DNA of 62,861 nt, filler included. It is 4 parts of 4 records of this genome, joined end to end, with 100 filler letters (N's around TTAATTAATTAA, not from the genome) between each part and the next. Parts side by side here need not be neighbours in the genome. Positions count along the whole stretch, not along the records: positions 16,416 to 41,118 come from DRR723986_5583; 3 more parts are not named here. One strand, 5' to 3'. Under the pieces are notes generated by a model. The model was not told the DNA's origin. It saw only the letters and a list, made by a program, of their open reading frames with translations, and did not search any database. The number at the start of each line of letters is the position of its first letter. Position 1 is the first letter of the stretch. A program made the position numbers and the translations under genes. Shown here piece after piece: positions 28,467 to 38,050 of this stretch.

Positions 28467-29456
28467 CTATTCGTAAAGACGCTGAAACGTCTGCCGCATT
28501 ACGCTTAAACTCTTCGGAATCGCGGTTTTATAGTCTTCCATGCCCTCAAATTCCAGCGAGACGTACCCACGGAAGCTGTTCTCCGAAAGAATCTGCGAGA
28601 TTCGCGGGTAGTCCAAGTCGAGAGCATACCATTGCCCGCCTCCGTAATAAGTCTTGGCTTGAACGAAGACCGTTTTAGGCGCAATCTTCTCCAGTCGCTC
28701 GTACGGATCTTCTAGAAAGTTTCCTGTGTCCGTGCAGATTTGGAGCCATGGGGAATCCACCGCATCAACGATTCGCAAGATCCCTTCTGGAGTCAACCCG
28801 AGCCCCCAGTGGTTTTCAAGTGCCAAGACGACGCCACACTTTTCGGCAGTGGGCAGCACTTTCTCAAGCGCTTCAATAACCCATGGGAAAGCATCTTCAT
28901 CGGAGTATCCCTCCAGCGGCTTCTCAATGCCCCGGGCCTGCATTAGTGCATCAAAACTCCCCGATGTGCCCCAACGTCCCGTATTGACTCGCATGACGGG
29001 GATACCAAGCTTGTATGCAATTTCCACTTGCCCGATCGTTCGATCAATATTCTCCTGCCGATACTCGCGATCAGGATTCACAAATCCCTGATGCGTCGAC
29101 ATCCCGACAAGTGGCAAACCCAGCCGGAGGGCGTGCCGTTTATAGCTCATCATCTTCGAATGGCTGAGAAGCTCATTCTGTTCAATTTGGTACAAGAGCA
29201 GCTCTACACCGTCGAACCCGAATTCATCTGCCAGGTCGATGCATCGGTGGAAATCTCGGAGCGCATCATTTCGAAATCGCCAGAGCGAGTAAGTTGACAA
29301 TACAATAGGATGCGTCTTCCGACGACCATCAATGGTCGCATCTTCAATGCCCGTCTCCTGCGCTTGACCCAATTGAGCAAGCGGAACCATGGCGGCCCCT
29401 GTTGCTCCCAAAGTGCAAAATCCTCGGCGACTGAGCGAATTGTTGATTTCCGGCAT
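28467..29456 (-). CDS. Tat-exported sugar-phosphate isomerase/epimerase TIM-barrel protein
   Basis: SRRGFC twin-arginine signal, DGVE, LENHWG, DTGNF, SLEFEG. Confidence 0.85.
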   Translation of the reverse strand: MPEINNSLSRRGFCTLGATGAAMVPLAQLGQAQETGIEDATIDGRRKTHPIVLSTYSLWRFRNDALRDFHRCIDLADEFGFDGVELLLYQIEQNELLSHSKMMSYKRHALRLGLPLVGMSTHQGFVNPDREYRQENIDRTIGQVEIAYKLGIPVMRVNTGRWGTSGSFDALMQARGIEKPLEGYSDEDAFPWVIEALEKVLPTAEKCGVVLALENHWGLGLTPEGILRIVDAVDSPWLQICTDTGNFLEDPYERLEKIAPKTVFVQAKTYYGGGQWYALDLDYPRISQILSENSFRGYVSLEFEGMEDYKTAIPKSLSVMRQTFQRLYE

Positions 29457-29674
29457 TGTAAAGGCACTCCTTCGGCGAGAACGGAAAGCTCGCCCTGACT
29501 AAATCGCCAGCGATTTACCTAGATTAACTTGCAAACTGATTTGAGAATGGGTAGTTTAGCGAAACCTGGAAGGTGCCTAGCATTGTTCATATAGGCGTTG
29601 CTCGCCGATCCAGTGCTTGTTCAATTTACCACGTTCACACGACTACCCACTCTTTCTGGTACGTGAGTTCCCAC

Positions 29675-30736
29675 ATGATACAGCGTATTCTACTACTTGC
29701 TTTCTTCGCCTCTATCACCGTATTGTCTGGCCGATTGGCGATGGCACAAAGCTATATTTTCGCAGGCGACGCCAACGGTCTCGACATCATCACTCACCCG
29801 ATAGGCTACAACGGCACCGGCGGGACGCTCAACGTAACGGTTGGTATCGATCCAACGAGCGCGAATTTCAACGCGATGATTATTCCAACTCAGAACGTTG
29901 TCCGAACGTGGAACAATCTGCAAGTTACGACAAGTAACCTCGAGTTCGGCTTGCCGTCAGGCACGTTCGATTTCGAATCTGTTTTGCTGCACGAAGTGGG
30001 GCATTCAATAGGCCTTGGCCACGTCAACATCGGTGGCGGAGGCGGAATCGCGGACTACACAGCATCGACTCCTGGTGCGAACGGCACTTTTACCACAAAC
30101 GCTGGTGCGGACAATGTGATCGGTTCGTCTGACGACATCCGCGGTGATGACTCCAACCTGAACTTCTTCAAGATTGCAGACAACAATCCGTTTACGCTGC
30201 CCGCAAGTGGGATTGTCGATTCGACCACATATTCACGTGACATAGCTGACTTGCCCGCCGGACACCTGTACTCCGCCAACTCTTCCCGCGATGTAGCAGA
30301 ACTGCTTGGTTTTGGTGCAAATAGCCTAGAGGGAGTCATGCAGCAGGGGCAGTTTTCCAACGAGGCACAACGAACCCTTGCGGCCAGTGACGTTGCAGGT
30401 GTTCTGTATGCACAGAGTGGGCTGGACGAACTACAAGGCACGGCTGACGATTACGACCTGGTACTCGAATACGTCGCCTGGGATGGCACCGCCGCGACTC
30501 GGCCGGACATTCTCATCGACTTTGATACCGAACCTGGCTTTGCATTTAGCCGTTCGTCGGGAACCTTCTTGGGTAATGGGCACTTAGCGATCGCAACCAA
30601 CGAAATCTTGGTGAACCCGAATTTTGACTGGTACTTCAACACCGTTTCGAACGTACCAGAACCGAATGCATTGGCCTTCGGCAGCCTTGCCCTAGCCAGC
30701 ATCTGCCTCCGCCGTCGCCGATCGACAACAAAGTAG
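29675..30736 (+). CDS. Secreted metzincin-type metalloprotease with PEP-CTERM sorting signal
   Basis: Signal peptide, HEVGHSIGLGH, candidate Met-turn GVMQ, VPEP + TM + RRRR. Confidence 0.85.
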   Translation: MIQRILLLAFFASITVLSGRLAMAQSYIFAGDANGLDIITHPIGYNGTGGTLNVTVGIDPTSANFNAMIIPTQNVVRTWNNLQVTTSNLEFGLPSGTFDFESVLLHEVGHSIGLGHVNIGGGGGIADYTASTPGANGTFTTNAGADNVIGSSDDIRGDDSNLNFFKIADNNPFTLPASGIVDSTTYSRDIADLPAGHLYSANSSRDVAELLGFGANSLEGVMQQGQFSNEAQRTLAASDVAGVLYAQSGLDELQGTADDYDLVLEYVAWDGTAATRPDILIDFDTEPGFAFSRSSGTFLGNGHLAIATNEILVNPNFDWYFNTVSNVPEPNALAFGSLALASICLRRRRSTTK

Positions 30737-30935
30737 CTGAACTCGACAGAATTGCTGGGTCAGCTCGGGACTGGATCGAAGTCACCGCGCCCGATTCACA
30801 CTCGGGCATTCCCAAACTGGGTTCCAGCCTCCAGCAAGCCGATTGACGGCCACTGAAATCAGGTTCAGATTGGTTTCAAACTCTAGTCCTTCATCTGCTT
30901 GAGTAGCGACAATGTTGCCATGCAAGCTTGAGGGG

Positions 30936-32174
30936 CTACACCTCTAAGAAGAGACGCGTTGGGTCTTCGCAGACTTCTTTGATGATGCGGAGGAACGTGA
31001 CGGCTTCGCGACCGTCGATGATGCGGTGATCGTAGGTCAATGCGACGTACATGACTGGCTGAATCACAACTTCGCCATTCACTGCCATCGGGCGATCTTG
31101 GATGGAATGCAGTCCCAGAATTGCACTCTGCGGTGGATTCACAATCGGCGTGCTTAAGAGTGAACCATAAACGCCACCATTGCTAATGGTGAACGTTCCA
31201 CCCTGCAGGTCTTCGGGGGCTAACCGGTTTTCCATCGCCTTGGACGCAAAGTCACCAATCGTTCGCTCGACATCGGCAAACGTCATGTGCTCGACGTTTC
31301 TCAAAACTGGAACTACCAGCCCCTTGCCGCCGCCAATGGCAATTCCAATATCGTTGTAGTTTCGGTACACAACGTTATTGCCACGCAGTTCTGCGTTGAC
31401 GGATGGGAATCGTCGCAGTGCTTCTACACTCGCCTTGGCAAAGAAGGACATGAATCCAAGCTTGACGCCGTGCCGTTCTTGGAACGCGTCGCGGTACTTC
31501 TTCCGCAACGACATGATCGGACCCATGTTGATTTCGTTGAAAGTCGTCAACAATGCGGCCGTTTGCTGAGCTTCGACGAGTCGTGCAGCAATGGTCCTGC
31601 GAATCATGCTGAGCGGTTTGACTTCTTCCATGCGACTGACTGAACCTGATTCGAAACCAGAGCCAGTTTCCAGAATTGCATTCGTCGCCTGAGGCTGCGC
31701 CGCTGGAGCAGGTTTTGGAGCGGGGGCAGACTTCTTGCTGTCGACCGCAGCCATCGCATCTCCTTTCAAGATGCGGCCACCAGGTCCAGTCGGTTTGACG
31801 TCCGCTTCGGAAAGCCCGTTTTCCTCCATGATTCGTCGAGCTGCGGGCATCACGCGAGGCTCGGAGTCGTCGGAGCTGCTTGCCGAGCTAGCGCCCGAGT
31901 CGCTTGCAGGGGCGTCGCTTCCACCATCAGCCGGGGCATCGGCCGGCTCGATGTCGCAAAGCACGTCGCCTACCGCCGCGAATTCGTCTGCCGGGACGCG
32001 GATATTGCGAATGTAGCCACTTTCTGGTGCGGGCACTTGTACAGAAGCCTTCTCTGTCTCCAGCTCAACGACATCTTCATCGCGACCAACCCATTGGCCT
32101 TCCTGCTTGATCCAATTTCCTACTTGGACCTCAGAGATCGATTCGCCAACACTTGGGACTTTCAGCTCAACCAT
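30936..32174 (-). CDS. sucB: 2-oxoglutarate dehydrogenase E2
   Basis: Lipoyl ETEKA, E3-binding [27 protein letters not shown]. Confidence 0.96.
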   Translation of the reverse strand: MVELKVPSVGESISEVQVGNWIKQEGQWVGRDEDVVELETEKASVQVPAPESGYIRNIRVPADEFAAVGDVLCDIEPADAPADGGSDAPASDSGASSASSSDDSEPRVMPAARRIMEENGLSEADVKPTGPGGRILKGDAMAAVDSKKSAPAPKPAPAAQPQATNAILETGSGFESGSVSRMEEVKPLSMIRRTIAARLVEAQQTAALLTTFNEINMGPIMSLRKKYRDAFQERHGVKLGFMSFFAKASVEALRRFPSVNAELRGNNVVYRNYNDIGIAIGGGKGLVVPVLRNVEHMTFADVERTIGDFASKAMENRLAPEDLQGGTFTISNGGVYGSLLSTPIVNPPQSAILGLHSIQDRPMAVNGEVVIQPVMYVALTYDHRIIDGREAVTFLRIIKEVCEDPTRLFLEV

Positions 32175-32252
32175 GATATTCTCTGCGCGATTGGCTCGCG
32201 TCTGTTCAGTAGTAACCAGATGTAAATTTGAAATCAGCAGATTGCTTCGGAC

Positions 32253-35054
32253 TTATAGGTCCGCGAACGCTTCGTCGATCAACTCGTCTTGTTCCAGCTT
32301 GTGGGCGCTAGCCGACCCGGTCGAAGGACTGGCCGATTCAACGCGTGAAAGCCGTCTCAGGCGGAAGCCCTTGTCTCGCAAGATGTCGCCAAATCGCACT
32401 TTCATGAACGACCAGGCGCCCATGTTTGTCGGCTCTTCTTGAACCCAGGCGAGGTCGGTACCAGGCTTATATGGTGCCAGCGCCTCGAGCAATTCTTCTT
32501 CGCGAAGCGGATAATATTGCTCGATACGAACGATCGCGACGTTGTTGGCTTTCAGCTCTTCGCGTTTGTTGGCAAGTTCATAGTAGACCTTACCGCTGCA
32601 TAGCAGTATTCGGTCGGTGCCGTCTTGGCTTTCGCGAGTGTCGCTGAGGACCTTCTTGAATTGCCCCGAAGTGAAGTCTTCCAGGGGTGAGACGACGTCG
32701 GGATGCCGCAGGAGACTCTTCGGTGTCAGCACGACCAACGGCTTACTCCAGCGGCGAATCGTTTGTTGGCGAAGCAAGTGGAAATACTGCGCGGGCGTGG
32801 AAGGCTGCACGACTTGGATGTTGTCTTCGGCGGTCAACAACAAGAAACGCTCGAGCCGAGCACTGCAGTGCTCCGGACCAGCACCTTCGAAGCCGTGTGG
32901 CAATAGGAGCGTCAGATGGCTGAGACGTCCCCATTTGTCTTCGGCACTCGTAATGAATTGGTCGATGATGACCTGAGCGACGTTCCAGAAATCACCAAAC
33001 TGAGCCTCCCAAACAACTAGCCCCTCGGGACAGTCGAGGGAGTAACCATATTCAAAGCCCAGAACTCCAGCTTCACATAGCGGGCTGTTGATAATGTCCA
33101 AACGTGCTTGTGAATCACTGAGATGGCGAAGCGGCGTGTGCTTTTCACCCGTGTTGGTGTCGTGCAGCACTGCATGTCGCTGGCTGAATGTGCCGCGTTC
33201 GCAATCTTGACCGCTGAAGCGAACGGGGTGCCCTTCGTTCAGGAGGCTAGCCAGGGCCAACGCCTCGGCTGAGGCCCAGTCGAGCGGCTTGTTCCCGGCG
33301 GCCATTTCACCGCGAAGCTGCATGAAGCGTTTCAGCTTGCGATTGATGCCAAAATTCTCAGGAACATGACTGACTTTTTCAAGCAACTGCACCGCATTAT
33401 CGCGATTTAAGCTGGTCTTCGGTAGGTCGTCCTCGGGCTCTGGGCCGCCATAGTAGCCTTGCCAGTAGCCGCCCATTGTCTGCAGGTCGTCGATGTACTC
33501 TTCCTTCTGAGCGAGCTCGAACTCACGTTCCAACTTGCTCTGACGTACTTCTGCGATTGCATCGGCCTCTTGCCGAGTGATTTCACCCATCTTCAACAGG
33601 CGATTCAGGTAGCTTTCGCGAACACTCTTGCGTTCATCGATCGTCTTGTACATCAGCGGTTGAGTGAACCGGGGCTCGTCCCCTTCGTTGTGTCCCCACT
33701 TGCGGTAGGCGTACATGTCGATCACAACGTCACGTCGGAACTCGCGTCGGAAATCCATCGCCAAGTTAACGACTTGTGCTACAGCCTCTGGATCTTCTCC
33801 GTTGACGTGGAAAATCGGGATCTGCAACATCTTGGCGACGTCAGTTGCATAGGTGCACGACCGTGCTTCTTCGGGCAACGTTGTAAAGCCGACTTGGTTG
33901 TTCAGGATCACATGCAACGTACCGCCGGTCTTGTACCCGGGCAGTTCGCTCATGTTCAAGGTCTCTTGAACGATTCCCTCACCGGCAAAGGCGGCGTCGC
34001 CGTGAACGAGAATCGTCATGAATTTCGAATGGCGGTCGTCGCCCACTCGATCTTGCTTTGCTCGCACCCGACCTTGGGCGACAGTGTTGACGTATTCCAG
34101 GTGACTTGGATTGAAACACAGCGAAATATGAACCTTCGCGCCGGTGCTGGTCGTCCAATCGCTACTGTATCCCAGGTGGTATCGAACGTCGCCCGCGCCT
34201 CGGTGCATGTCTGGACGTGGATCGTCAAAGGACCAGAAGATACTCTGAGCCCGTTTGCCCATGATGTTGGCCAGCACATTTAGGCGGCCGCGGTGCGCCA
34301 TGGCCAGAACAACCCCCTCAACCTGGTGTTGCCCAGCTTTTTCAAGCGACAGGTCCAGCAGAGGGATGAGGCTTTCGGCACCTTCCAAGGAGAAGGTCTT
34401 GGCACCAACAAACTTCCGGCGAACGAATTCTTCGAAGATGGCGGCGTCGGTGAGTCGCGAGTAGATCCGGCACTGCACCTCGCGAGATAGTTCGAGGCGA
34501 TTCTCGCAGCTTTCCATGCGTCGTTGGAGCCAATCGCGGATCGTGCGATTGTCGATGTGCATAAACTGAGCGCCGATGCTGCGGCAGTAGGTGTTCCGCA
34601 GCTTGCTGAGAATGTCGCCAAGCGATTGACCGTTAACGTACTGCAACGTTTCGCAGCTAAAAGGTCGTTCCAGGTCGGCTTCGCTCAATCCGTATGCTTC
34701 AGGATCCAGCTCGGGGTTGCCTCGACCGGCCAACTTGAGCGGATCTAGCTTGGCCATCAAGTGCCCGCGAACTCGATACTCGCGGACTAGGTTGTCAACG
34801 CGGTCCTGCATCTCCGCCAACCAGAGCGCTTCATCGCGAATTTTTCGCGCATGCTGTCCGGGCTCACCCGCTTCCTCGGCAACAGCAACTCCGCCTGGAG
34901 CTAATTGCCCCCCTGAAGCGGTGTCCTGTTCGACGGCTCGACTGGCTAACGAAAACTCTTCGAAATACTTCCGCCATCCCGGCGACACACTGGTCGGATC
35001 CTTGATGTAGCGAACATAAAGATCATCGATGTAGTCAAGGCTGTAGCTGTTCAT
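32253..35054 (-). CDS. sucA: 2-oxoglutarate dehydrogenase E1
   Basis: MAHRGRLN, NPSHLE, HGDAAFAGEG, WEAQFGDF, GPEHCSARLER. Confidence 0.97.
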   Translation of the reverse strand: MNSYSLDYIDDLYVRYIKDPTSVSPGWRKYFEEFSLASRAVEQDTASGGQLAPGGVAVAEEAGEPGQHARKIRDEALWLAEMQDRVDNLVREYRVRGHLMAKLDPLKLAGRGNPELDPEAYGLSEADLERPFSCETLQYVNGQSLGDILSKLRNTYCRSIGAQFMHIDNRTIRDWLQRRMESCENRLELSREVQCRIYSRLTDAAIFEEFVRRKFVGAKTFSLEGAESLIPLLDLSLEKAGQHQVEGVVLAMAHRGRLNVLANIMGKRAQSIFWSFDDPRPDMHRGAGDVRYHLGYSSDWTTSTGAKVHISLCFNPSHLEYVNTVAQGRVRAKQDRVGDDRHSKFMTILVHGDAAFAGEGIVQETLNMSELPGYKTGGTLHVILNNQVGFTTLPEEARSCTYATDVAKMLQIPIFHVNGEDPEAVAQVVNLAMDFRREFRRDVVIDMYAYRKWGHNEGDEPRFTQPLMYKTIDERKSVRESYLNRLLKMGEITRQEADAIAEVRQSKLEREFELAQKEEYIDDLQTMGGYWQGYYGGPEPEDDLPKTSLNRDNAVQLLEKVSHVPENFGINRKLKRFMQLRGEMAAGNKPLDWASAEALALASLLNEGHPVRFSGQDCERGTFSQRHAVLHDTNTGEKHTPLRHLSDSQARLDIINSPLCEAGVLGFEYGYSLDCPEGLVVWEAQFGDFWNVAQVIIDQFITSAEDKWGRLSHLTLLLPHGFEGAGPEHCSARLERFLLLTAEDNIQVVQPSTPAQYFHLLRQQTIRRWSKPLVVLTPKSLLRHPDVVSPLEDFTSGQFKKVLSDTRESQDGTDRILLCSGKVYYELANKREELKANNVAIVRIEQYYPLREEELLEALAPYKPGTDLAWVQEEPTNMGAWSFMKVRFGDILRDKGFRLRRLSRVESASPSTGSASAHKLEQDELIDEAFADL

Positions 35055-35400
35055 GAATGCGCGTCCGTAGCACTTATGCCTTGTCGTGGCGGGTGAGGGT
35101 TGAGTCGACCAACAGAACGATGGCGACTTCCGTAGAGGATCGGCGGTTGGCTGTTGAGCAACAGCGAAAACTCCGCAAGATGCGGAAAATCAGCGAAGCC
35201 ACCGACATTGAAGTCGTCCGTGGTGTCACTTTCGGCATAATCCGATTGGCGAAATTCAATCGTTGAGACGGCAAGGTCTAACACGCTTGGGCCGCAGTAC
35301 AGTATGCAGATCGGAAAACTAAAGTCACAGATTGCCGCCGAGTCATTGTGTCGGGCACATTCCATTCGGGTGCCCACACACTCGCCTGACGTCCACAGCA

Positions 35401-35473
35401 GTTCGCTTCCATCGCGTTTCGTTCACTTCCACTGTGTTACTCAGTGCAAGAGTTCGGTACTCAGTGCAAGAGT
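35401..35473. repeat. Two adjacent 20-bp-period direct repeats
   Basis: GTTCGCTTCCA/GTTCACTTCCA at 35401 and 35421; TACTCAGTGCAAGAGT exact at 35438 and 35458. Confidence 0.75.
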
Positions 35474-35804
35474 GGTCACCGAAGCAAGCGAAACGAACGC
35501 GGTATTCCGCGCTGACAATGGACACATCAGGCCCTCTCTAAATATTAGCGGTTGGTGAAGCAATGCAAACCGTACTTGGCGGTCTTTTCAACCAACAAAA
35601 CTGAATTTCGTCACCAGTGGCGTTGCTTCGCAAGTCACTCGCCCGAGCCGTACCTCGCAGTCGCAGCCGGCAATGTCCGCACTGACTCTGTCGTAGCCAC
35701 AACTGCAGCGGCAAAGCAACAACTGGACGGGCATAGTCGCCGAATGCAGGGCGGCGTACACTGCACGAAAGTGTTTCACGGGCCCTTGCAGAGTCGACAA
35801 CCTG

Positions 35805-36119
35805 ATGGCGTTTTACCTTTTCGTTTCCTACATCATGTGGATGCTACTGGTCAATGCTGCGACAGCGCTGATGTACGTCTTGGATAAACATGCCGCTCAA
35901 TCGGAGAAAGGGGCCAGCAATCGAATCCCAGAACGAAGACTGCTTGTCTTCTCGATGCTCGGCGGCTGGCCAGCAGCACTGGGCGTCGGAAAGCGAATTC
36001 GCCACAAGACCAAGAAACTGTCTTACCGCGTCTGGTTCGCAATCGCCATCGTCACGAACATTGGCCTGCATTTGCTCGGCGGCTACTTCTACTGGCTGCT
36101 GCTCGGTACGAATTCCTGA
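35805..36119 (+). CDS. DUF1294 membrane protein
   Basis: Y.LDK.AA, RIPE..L, GGWPAA, RHKT.K. Confidence 0.85.
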   Translation: MAFYLFVSYIMWMLLVNAATALMYVLDKHAAQSEKGASNRIPERRLLVFSMLGGWPAALGVGKRIRHKTKKLSYRVWFAIAIVTNIGLHLLGGYFYWLLLGTNS

Positions 36120-36223
36120 GCCCGCCGAGGAATCATCAGCGCTGCCCGAGCCTAACCCCGGCTAATCCCCTTCTGGAGACTAGATCGCGGCACTAAAGGG
36201 CCAGAAGAGACATCACAACCCGC

Positions 36224-37276
36224 TCAAGCGCTAACGGTTGGAACGGCGATCGCAGAGACGATTTCATCCAAGACAATGTCCGTCGTGACCTTTCGCAGTC
36301 GTGCTTCTGGCTTAAGAATCAATCGGTGCCCCATCACGCTAGAGACGACTTTCTTGACGTCGTCTGGAATGACGTAATCGCGTCCCAAGACCGCAGCCAT
36401 CGCTTGACTGGTTCGATACAGGGCAATCGATGCCCTCGGGCTGCCGCCGAGCGCAAGCGCCTCATGCTCGCGCGATTCGTGCACTATCTGCAATAAGTAC
36501 TGCTGCACCTTCGGATCGATTCGAATCTGCCGCACCTGCTTCTGTGCCGCGACCAGTTGCTCCGCGGTCGCTACGGCCTTCAAATCGTCGAGCGGGTGAC
36601 TGAGCTGAAGCATCTCAAGCATCCGCAATTCCTCATCCATGGCCGGATAGCCCAGAGAGAACTTCATCAAGAATCGGTCAAGCTGCGCCTCGGGCAGCGG
36701 AAATGTCCCTTCGTGGTCAACCGGGTTCTGAGTCGCAATCACCAAGAACGGCTGCTCGAGCACATGCGTTGTCCCGTCGACGCTGACCCGCGCCTCGGCC
36801 ATCGCTTCCAGCAGCGCAGCTTGGCTTCGCGGCGTCGCTCGATTGATCTCGTCGGCCAGCATAATTTGCGTGAAGATCGGCCCAGGGCGAAACTCAAATT
36901 GCACATCTTTCGGGTTAAATACGCTCGCTCCAGTGATATCCGTGGGCAGCAGATCAGGCGTACACTGGATCCGTTTGAAGTCGCAGCCGACGCTCTTCGC
37001 CAGCGCCCGAGCAAGCATGGTTTTGGCAACACCTGGCACATCTTCCAACAGGATGTGACCGCCGGACAGCCACGATACTAGTGAAAGGATTAACTGTTTG
37101 CGTTTGCCGACAATCGCCTTTTCAACATTGGCGATGATTCGCTTTGATAATTCGTTGACAGAACTCAAGAGTGCGTTTCCCGTTGGCCCTAGCTCGTCCG
37201 ATGCCCGCAGCACAAGACTTTGCTCACGTTCAGTCGGCGGTCCGACTGCGACATCTGAAGATGATACTCTAGACAA
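36224..37276 (-). CDS. MoxR-family AAA+ ATPase
   Basis: HILLEDVPGVAKT, RIQCTPDLLP.D, DEINRA, ATQNP, PLPEAQLDRF. Confidence 0.93.
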   Translation of the reverse strand: MSRVSSSDVAVGPPTEREQSLVLRASDELGPTGNALLSSVNELSKRIIANVEKAIVGKRKQLILSLVSWLSGGHILLEDVPGVAKTMLARALAKSVGCDFKRIQCTPDLLPTDITGASVFNPKDVQFEFRPGPIFTQIMLADEINRATPRSQAALLEAMAEARVSVDGTTHVLEQPFLVIATQNPVDHEGTFPLPEAQLDRFLMKFSLGYPAMDEELRMLEMLQLSHPLDDLKAVATAEQLVAAQKQVRQIRIDPKVQQYLLQIVHESREHEALALGGSPRASIALYRTSQAMAAVLGRDYVIPDDVKKVVSSVMGHRLILKPEARLRKVTTDIVLDEIVSAIAVPTVSA

Positions 37277-37356
37277 CCAACAGACGCTTCGGCCCTGGCG
37301 TTTTGTTCAACATCGCGCCCATTTCACCACTTTTAACCGGCCCGGAACGGACCGCA

Positions 37357-38046
37357 CTAATAGTAGTTCTCTTCGTCGCCCTCGTCCGGCAAGTCTTCGC
37401 CGTACAGTTTGACGATGACTCCTTCTCGCCAAAGTGCGTAGCGGATCGGGAAGGAAGACCAACGATTGCTCTCCAGATCCGCCTCGACAAGCGGTCCTTC
37501 CAATTGCCACGGAGTGCCGGTCAGCGGCGATCGGGGAGTGCACACCAGTTCCGCCAAGGTAAGCAATTGGTAGTCTGGTCCGAATCGCAACACGGGCCCT
37601 TGTCGGCGATGCAACTCGGGAGGCAACAATCCAGCCAGCTCGCGATTGCCGGGGAAGGTATGGACAGTGGTCAACAGAAAAGCCGCGAATGTGTACCCTG
37701 CCAACAACGACAACGTCCAGCGACTGATCGCTTCGGCCTTGCCAGTAATGAAACTCGTCGCGTCCATAAGATTTGCACAGCCGAGCATGACCAACAGCAT
37801 CGACAATGTGAAAATGCCCAATGCACTAACCAACCACGCATAGCAGTAGAGCCATTCGTCCGACGGTAAGAACAGGTAACTCGCCACGAACTTGGCCACC
37901 GGTTCAAAGCCAATCAGAGCCAGCAGGCTTGAAACGACCAGTGCAAAGAAGACGACCGCCACTTGGACCAAGGATCGCTTCGACAGCATGAGGCTTACGC
38001 CGCCGGCGATTAGGATGAACAGTATGTCAAACAAGTAGTGATGCAT
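37357..38046 (-). CDS. Membrane protein, CvpA-like (planctomycete type)
   Basis: Four TM helices, FEPVA, GY..AAFLLT.VHTFP, basic/acidic tail; family call from pattern memory. Confidence 0.55.
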   Translation of the reverse strand: MHHYLFDILFILIAGGVSLMLSKRSLVQVAVVFFALVVSSLLALIGFEPVAKFVASYLFLPSDEWLYCYAWLVSALGIFTLSMLLVMLGCANLMDATSFITGKAEAISRWTLSLLAGYTFAAFLLTTVHTFPGNRELAGLLPPELHRRQGPVLRFGPDYQLLTLAELVCTPRSPLTGTPWQLEGPLVEADLESNRWSSFPIRYALWREGVIVKLYGEDLPDEGDEENYY

Positions 38047-38050
38047 TTGC

